From Waddliaceae bacterium (GTDB lineage: Bacteria > Chlamydiota > Chlamydiia > Chlamydiales > Waddliaceae), in assembly GCA_963724325.1 (NCBI GenBank), contig CAVRUH010000001.1, positions 288,001 to 352,000 of the forward strand: a DNA stretch of 64,000 nucleotides, given 5' to 3'. This document shows, in pieces, positions 60,317 through 64,000 of this stretch. Both the position numbers and the translations under genes were made by a program. Numbering within the stretch: position 1 is the stretch's first letter; every line of letters begins with the position of its first letter. The notes under the pieces were generated by a model. It saw only the letters and a list, made by a program, of their open reading frames with translations. It was not told where the DNA came from and did no database searches.

Positions 60317-60658
60317 ATGACAAAAAGTTATAAAGAAATTACAGCTGACATATCCGTTTCGCTGGCAAAATTGCGAAAAGAGATCCCCGATGTAATGAAT
60401 GGTTTTGGAGCATTGGGCCAAGCTGCCGCAAAAGATGGAGCTCTTAACAAAAAGACTAAGGAGTTAATCGCCTTGGCCTTAGGCATAGCCTCCCGTTGTG
60501 ACGGATGCATTGGCTTCCACACACAAACATTAGTGAAGTTAGGTGTTACCCGTGAAGAACTTCTCGAAACCCTCGGCATGGCCGTTTACATGGGCGGAGG
60601 CCCCTCGCTTATGTACGCCGCAGATGCACTCAAAGCTTTTGAAGAATACACGATGTAA
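60317..60658 (+). CDS. Carboxymuconolactone decarboxylase/AhpD family protein
   Basis: GALNKKTKELIAL, RCDGCIGFH and MGGGPS motifs. Confidence 0.9.
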   Translation: MTKSYKEITADISVSLAKLRKEIPDVMNGFGALGQAAAKDGALNKKTKELIALALGIASRCDGCIGFHTQTLVKLGVTREELLETLGMAVYMGGGPSLMYAADALKAFEEYTM

Positions 60659-60787
60659 AAAATTGTACAAAGTTGATTTCATAAAATACTTCTAATTTTT
60701 TATGTTGTTTGTTAAAATAAATGTTTTTTTTATTGAAAATAAAATATATAAAATGTTATTGTGATAAATAACAGAAATGGAGAGAGT

Positions 60788-61027
60788 ATGTCAATAATAA
60801 AAAAAACATGTAGATCGTTAGTGGTTATTGCAACCACTATATATTCCTTCTTAAATTTGGATGCTTCGGCTATAAAACAACAAAAAAATGGAACCACCTG
60901 GATTAATGTAAAGCTCGACAGTAATACAATGGACTATTTAAAGAATATTCAGTCGTTAAAAGGTAAATGCGATGGGTGTAGCACTGGACCCAAAAAGGAT
61001 GGATGGGATGGAGATTGCTCGGGGTAA
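60788..61027 (+). CDS. Small protein with hydrophobic leader and Cys/Gly/Asp-rich tail
   Basis: 79 aa with GGAGAG RBS, ending KCDGCSTGPKKDGWDGDCSG. Confidence 0.65.
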   Translation: MSIIKKTCRSLVVIATTIYSFLNLDASAIKQQKNGTTWINVKLDSNTMDYLKNIQSLKGKCDGCSTGPKKDGWDGDCSG

Positions 61028-61033
61028 TAAGCT

Positions 61034-61540
61034 ATGATTTCAAATAATGATTTATTGAAAAATTATCTTCCACTGAAGATGGAAAAGTATTTTTATAAAA
61101 AACTTCCATCGGAAAATCCTGAAAATATTAAATTGAAAATTATTGAGTTTTTGAAATATGTCTTATTGTCTGAATATAGTGGTGGCCCAATTCCGTTTTC
61201 AAATGAAATAGATGAGATTTGGCATTTATGGATTTTGCAAACCAGACAATATCAGGAATTAATGAATGCCTTACCACACAAAAGATATTTTCATCATTGT
61301 TCCAATTCCTATTATGATCCGGGAGAAAACATGGTCGATCAAGAAACCGAAATTAATCGTCAGATCTCAATTTTAGTTTCTTACATATACTCTTTTGGAC
61401 CATTCAAAGAGGCAGTGCTCCATTTTTGGCCCACAGCCCTCAATTTGTATCACTTGCATGAAGATAATCTTGAAAAAATGAATACTTACTTGATATCTTT
61501 GGGTAAAAAGTCAGACTCACGTTCTTCTTCGACAGAATGA
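61034..61540 (+). CDS. GRDP/DUF1399-like domain protein
   Basis: EFLKYVLL, PFSNEIDEIWHLWILQTRQYQE and YFHH match the P-S-x-x-D-x-x-WH-x-x-IL-x-T-x-x-Y...HH pattern. Confidence 0.65.
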   Translation: MISNNDLLKNYLPLKMEKYFYKKLPSENPENIKLKIIEFLKYVLLSEYSGGPIPFSNEIDEIWHLWILQTRQYQELMNALPHKRYFHHCSNSYYDPGENMVDQETEINRQISILVSYIYSFGPFKEAVLHFWPTALNLYHLHEDNLEKMNTYLISLGKKSDSRSSSTE

Positions 61541-61766
61541 TTTGGTTGTAAGTGAAAAGAGCCGGACCTGCAATAGGCATAAATGAATTATGCCTAATGA
61601 TGGCCCAGCCCCATTTCTTAATCCATTAGTAAATTTGGGAGGACAAATCTGATCTCAAGAGATTTTAGATAAATCGTTTGATTATAATCATCTTCATTTC
61701 CTAGCATCATGGAAAGCAACAGCTGCCTGCCCCTTTATAAACGGTGAAATAGACAAATCGGGTCGA

Positions 61767-62417
61767 ATGGATGAAGAAATATTATGTAAGAAAGCTCGTA
61801 TTGAAGAAAATATTCAAGATCGTAAACTAGCTCGAAACTACCTGAGAATGGTAAGATTATTAAGAGTCCCCACGTTTGAATGCAATCAGCATGAATGTGA
61901 TAGAGCTATAATGTTGCTGGCATATGTATTAATTCAGTCTAACTCGGTAAAGTTTAGACAGTTAACATTATCAAATGTGATTGATTTAACTGTTTCTTCA
62001 TTCCCCACTGATTATATATTCCCAATTTATAAGATTACATCGATTGGGAAAAAAGTCTTTAGTTTTGATAACGATCTATTAAATAAATTGAATGATAATT
62101 GTGATGTTAAAAAATTCCGTATTGGAAACTTTGAGGAAGTTGCGCGAAAGATTTTGTTTTATGATTCGGATAATAATTATAACCCTGGGCACAAACAATA
62201 TATTTTAGAAATCGATGATTTGACTGAGGTTCCATTTGAGTATGAGGCAGCACGCACTATCTATGCAATTTGGAAGTTTCGAAAGGATTCATGCTTCAGA
62301 GGGATGCCAAAGGACATTGTAAATAAAATTATAAACATTGTGATGTACAATCCAAGTCTAAAAGCCAAGCTGATAAGAAATATTGATAAGTTAATTCCAA
62401 GATATAACGTTTATTAA
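61767..62417 (+). CDS. Hypothetical protein with C-terminal F-box/BC-box-like motif
   Basis: 216-aa ORF with FRGMPKDIVNKIINIV near the C-terminus. Confidence 0.55.
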   Translation: MDEEILCKKARIEENIQDRKLARNYLRMVRLLRVPTFECNQHECDRAIMLLAYVLIQSNSVKFRQLTLSNVIDLTVSSFPTDYIFPIYKITSIGKKVFSFDNDLLNKLNDNCDVKKFRIGNFEEVARKILFYDSDNNYNPGHKQYILEIDDLTEVPFEYEAARTIYAIWKFRKDSCFRGMPKDIVNKIINIVMYNPSLKAKLIRNIDKLIPRYNVY

Positions 62418-62442
62418 GTTAGCCTTTCTATTGAAATAAATG

Positions 62443-64000
62443 TGTTAGCGCAAAATAGAAATGATCCCTTTCCGACAAATTAGAAATGATCCCTTTCGAG
62501 ACATCTTCATTATAGCATAAAACCTTTTATTTAACATCTATGTAGTTTTAAGACTTGAACGTAAAGATAAACACTTCAGGAGAGGTTTGCAAAGGGGGCG
62601 AGGAGCCCCCAATTATTTGGGTGTCCAGAGGGCCCTGCCCTTTGGCGCAGGGGAGGGCGAGGGGGGCGCGGAGCCCCCCTCGCCCTTTTGCAGGGACGAG
62701 TCTGAAGTTATAAGCTTATAGTTAGCACCTTTCCATTGTTTTGGGATTAAGCTTATGTCTTTTCCAAGGGTGACCTTTTCCAGGGTTGTGTTTAACTCTT
62801 TCCTTCCAATTCTTAAGCCTTTCTTCTTCAGTTACTTGATTTGGCTTATATGGTAAATCATCAAATATTTGATATTCAATCATTATCCCCTGGTATTGAA
62901 ATATCAATTCATTATCAAGAGTCGTAATGGCAACAATCATTGCCCGTTTTAGTGCCTCCCGTAGATGTTCGGGTGGATTAAGTTGATAAGTTATCTTATT
63001 GTATTGAATTTCTAGGTTTTGTGTTACTTTACATTGTTCCTTTTTACAAAGTGTGTACTTTAAAGACTGGTTTTGCTTTAATTTGCGATGTGCATTGAAA
63101 GTGTTGGCGGGTTCAACCCTGAACCGTTTGTTAAAGTTCTCGATGAAGTTAGGCAAAAACTTATTGGCTTCTTTGATAGTGGAGATACCTGCAATACGCA
63201 TCTCCCATACCAAACGTTCTTGAAGAGTTCCAAAGACCCTCTCAATGCGCCCTTTTGCTTGTGGCGAATGAGCGAAAATTATTTTTACATCAAGCTCCTT
63301 CATAGCTCTTGAAAATTGTGTTTCGGCCCCCTCTTTTCCACCTTGATTAACTTTAAAAGTCCCTCTTTTGTCTGCGTAAAGATTAATAGGAAGTCCTCTA
63401 CTCGAAAAATAAGGCAAACATGTTTGAAAATATGCCTCGGTCGTCTCTTCCTTAGCAAAATATGCACCATAAATGGTTGAGGATGCATCATCAATCAGGA
63501 GATGGAGATGACATTTTGCCCCTCTTTCTTCAAACCACTTATGGTTTGATGCATCAATTTGTACAAGTTCTCCTTCACATTCCCTTCTTTCTCTACGTTG
63601 ATGAATGCTTTTTTTAGACTTCTTTGGGGTCCATAAATGGTACTCAATCATTAACTGCCTTATGAATTCCGATGAATATTTGATATCATGTGCTTCTTCA
63701 AGTTTCTCCGAAATGAATAAAGGGGCGAAACCCTTGTAATATTCACTAATGATTTTCTCTATTTGTTGGCGTCTTTCAAGGGGAATGGCACGGTTACTTT
63801 TTTTACCTCGTTTCTTGGATGCAAGGCCTTTTGCACCTTCAATTTTGTACTTGGCCCACAGCCTTTTAGCCTGTGGATAAGATATACTTAAAAGTGCAGA
63901 TGCCTGCTTTAGGCTAATTACTTTAGATTTGACATTCTCGAGCGTCAATGCTCTTTGAATCTCCTTAGAGCTCATAAAAAGATCCTCCAATTTTACCTCC
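62443..64000 (-). mobile_element. ISNCY/IS1202-like insertion sequence (upstream end lies outside the window)
   Basis: Terminus TGTTAGCGCAAAATAGAAATGATCCCTTT with a second TAGAAATGATCCCTTTC subterminal copy, plus a DDE transposase. Confidence 0.75.
62722..63990 (-). CDS. ISNCY family DDE transposase
   Basis: N-terminal HTH, GELVQIDASNHKWFE, IDDAS, LYADK, TQFSRAM and HSPQAKGRIERVFGTLQERL motifs. Confidence 0.92.
   Translation of the reverse strand: MEDLFMSSKEIQRALTLENVKSKVISLKQASALLSISYPQAKRLWAKYKIEGAKGLASKKRGKKSNRAIPLERRQQIEKIISEYYKGFAPLFISEKLEEAHDIKYSSEFIRQLMIEYHLWTPKKSKKSIHQRRERRECEGELVQIDASNHKWFEERGAKCHLHLLIDDASSTIYGAYFAKEETTEAYFQTCLPYFSSRGLPINLYADKRGTFKVNQGGKEGAETQFSRAMKELDVKIIFAHSPQAKGRIERVFGTLQERLVWEMRIAGISTIKEANKFLPNFIENFNKRFRVEPANTFNAHRKLKQNQSLKYTLCKKEQCKVTQNLEIQYNKITYQLNPPEHLREALKRAMIVAITTLDNELIFQYQGIMIEYQIFDDLPYKPNQVTEEERLKNWKERVKHNPGKGHPWKRHKLNPKTMERC

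Noticed and set aside
62397..62424. dif/xrs-like site next to the IS1202-like end (ATAA-CGTTTA-TTAAGTTA)
   Set aside because: Both arms match poorly, it lies within the end of a CDS about 20 bp from the IS terminus, and a chromosomal dif next to oriC is unlikely.
1..64000. tRNA, rRNA or prophage genes
   Set aside because: None recognised by eye. A tRNAscan/Infernal run would be needed to exclude small RNAs.

Overview
AT-rich bacterial chromosomal window, most likely from an environmental chlamydia (Chlamydiota, Parachlamydiales-like). This is inferred from the dusB-yggT, PilM-like/MORN-recA and ispA-glmU-like gene order and from F-box/ankyrin effector-type genes. From left to right it holds: a split dTDP-rhamnose/surface polysaccharide region (rmlDC, rmlBA, GT2, epimerase, ArnT-like, flippase) with an RloA/RloB-type pair; pgeF, glpD and a divergent P450; two type II TA pairs; rsgA, a TrmH-family gene and cca; a tightly coupled ~10 kb respiratory operon (flavin/FeS NAD(P) oxidoreductase, Rieske, cytochrome b, 7-heme cytochrome c, cbb3-type CcoN/CcoO and three small membrane proteins); a Tad pilus locus with three Flp pilins missed by the ORF track, fused TadB-TadC and a fused RcpC-RcpA secretin; a GxxExxY nuclease gene bracketed by long palindromes whose relatives also occur at 111-610 and 57482-57615; umuDC-recA; a probable, internally duplicated oriC; a truncated dinD; and an ISNCY/IS1202-like element at the right edge. 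The best candidates for an undescribed system are the GxxExxY/palindromic-repeat association, the fused minimal Tad machine and the oxidoreductase-bc-cbb3 operon. All product calls come from motifs read by eye; no database searches were run.
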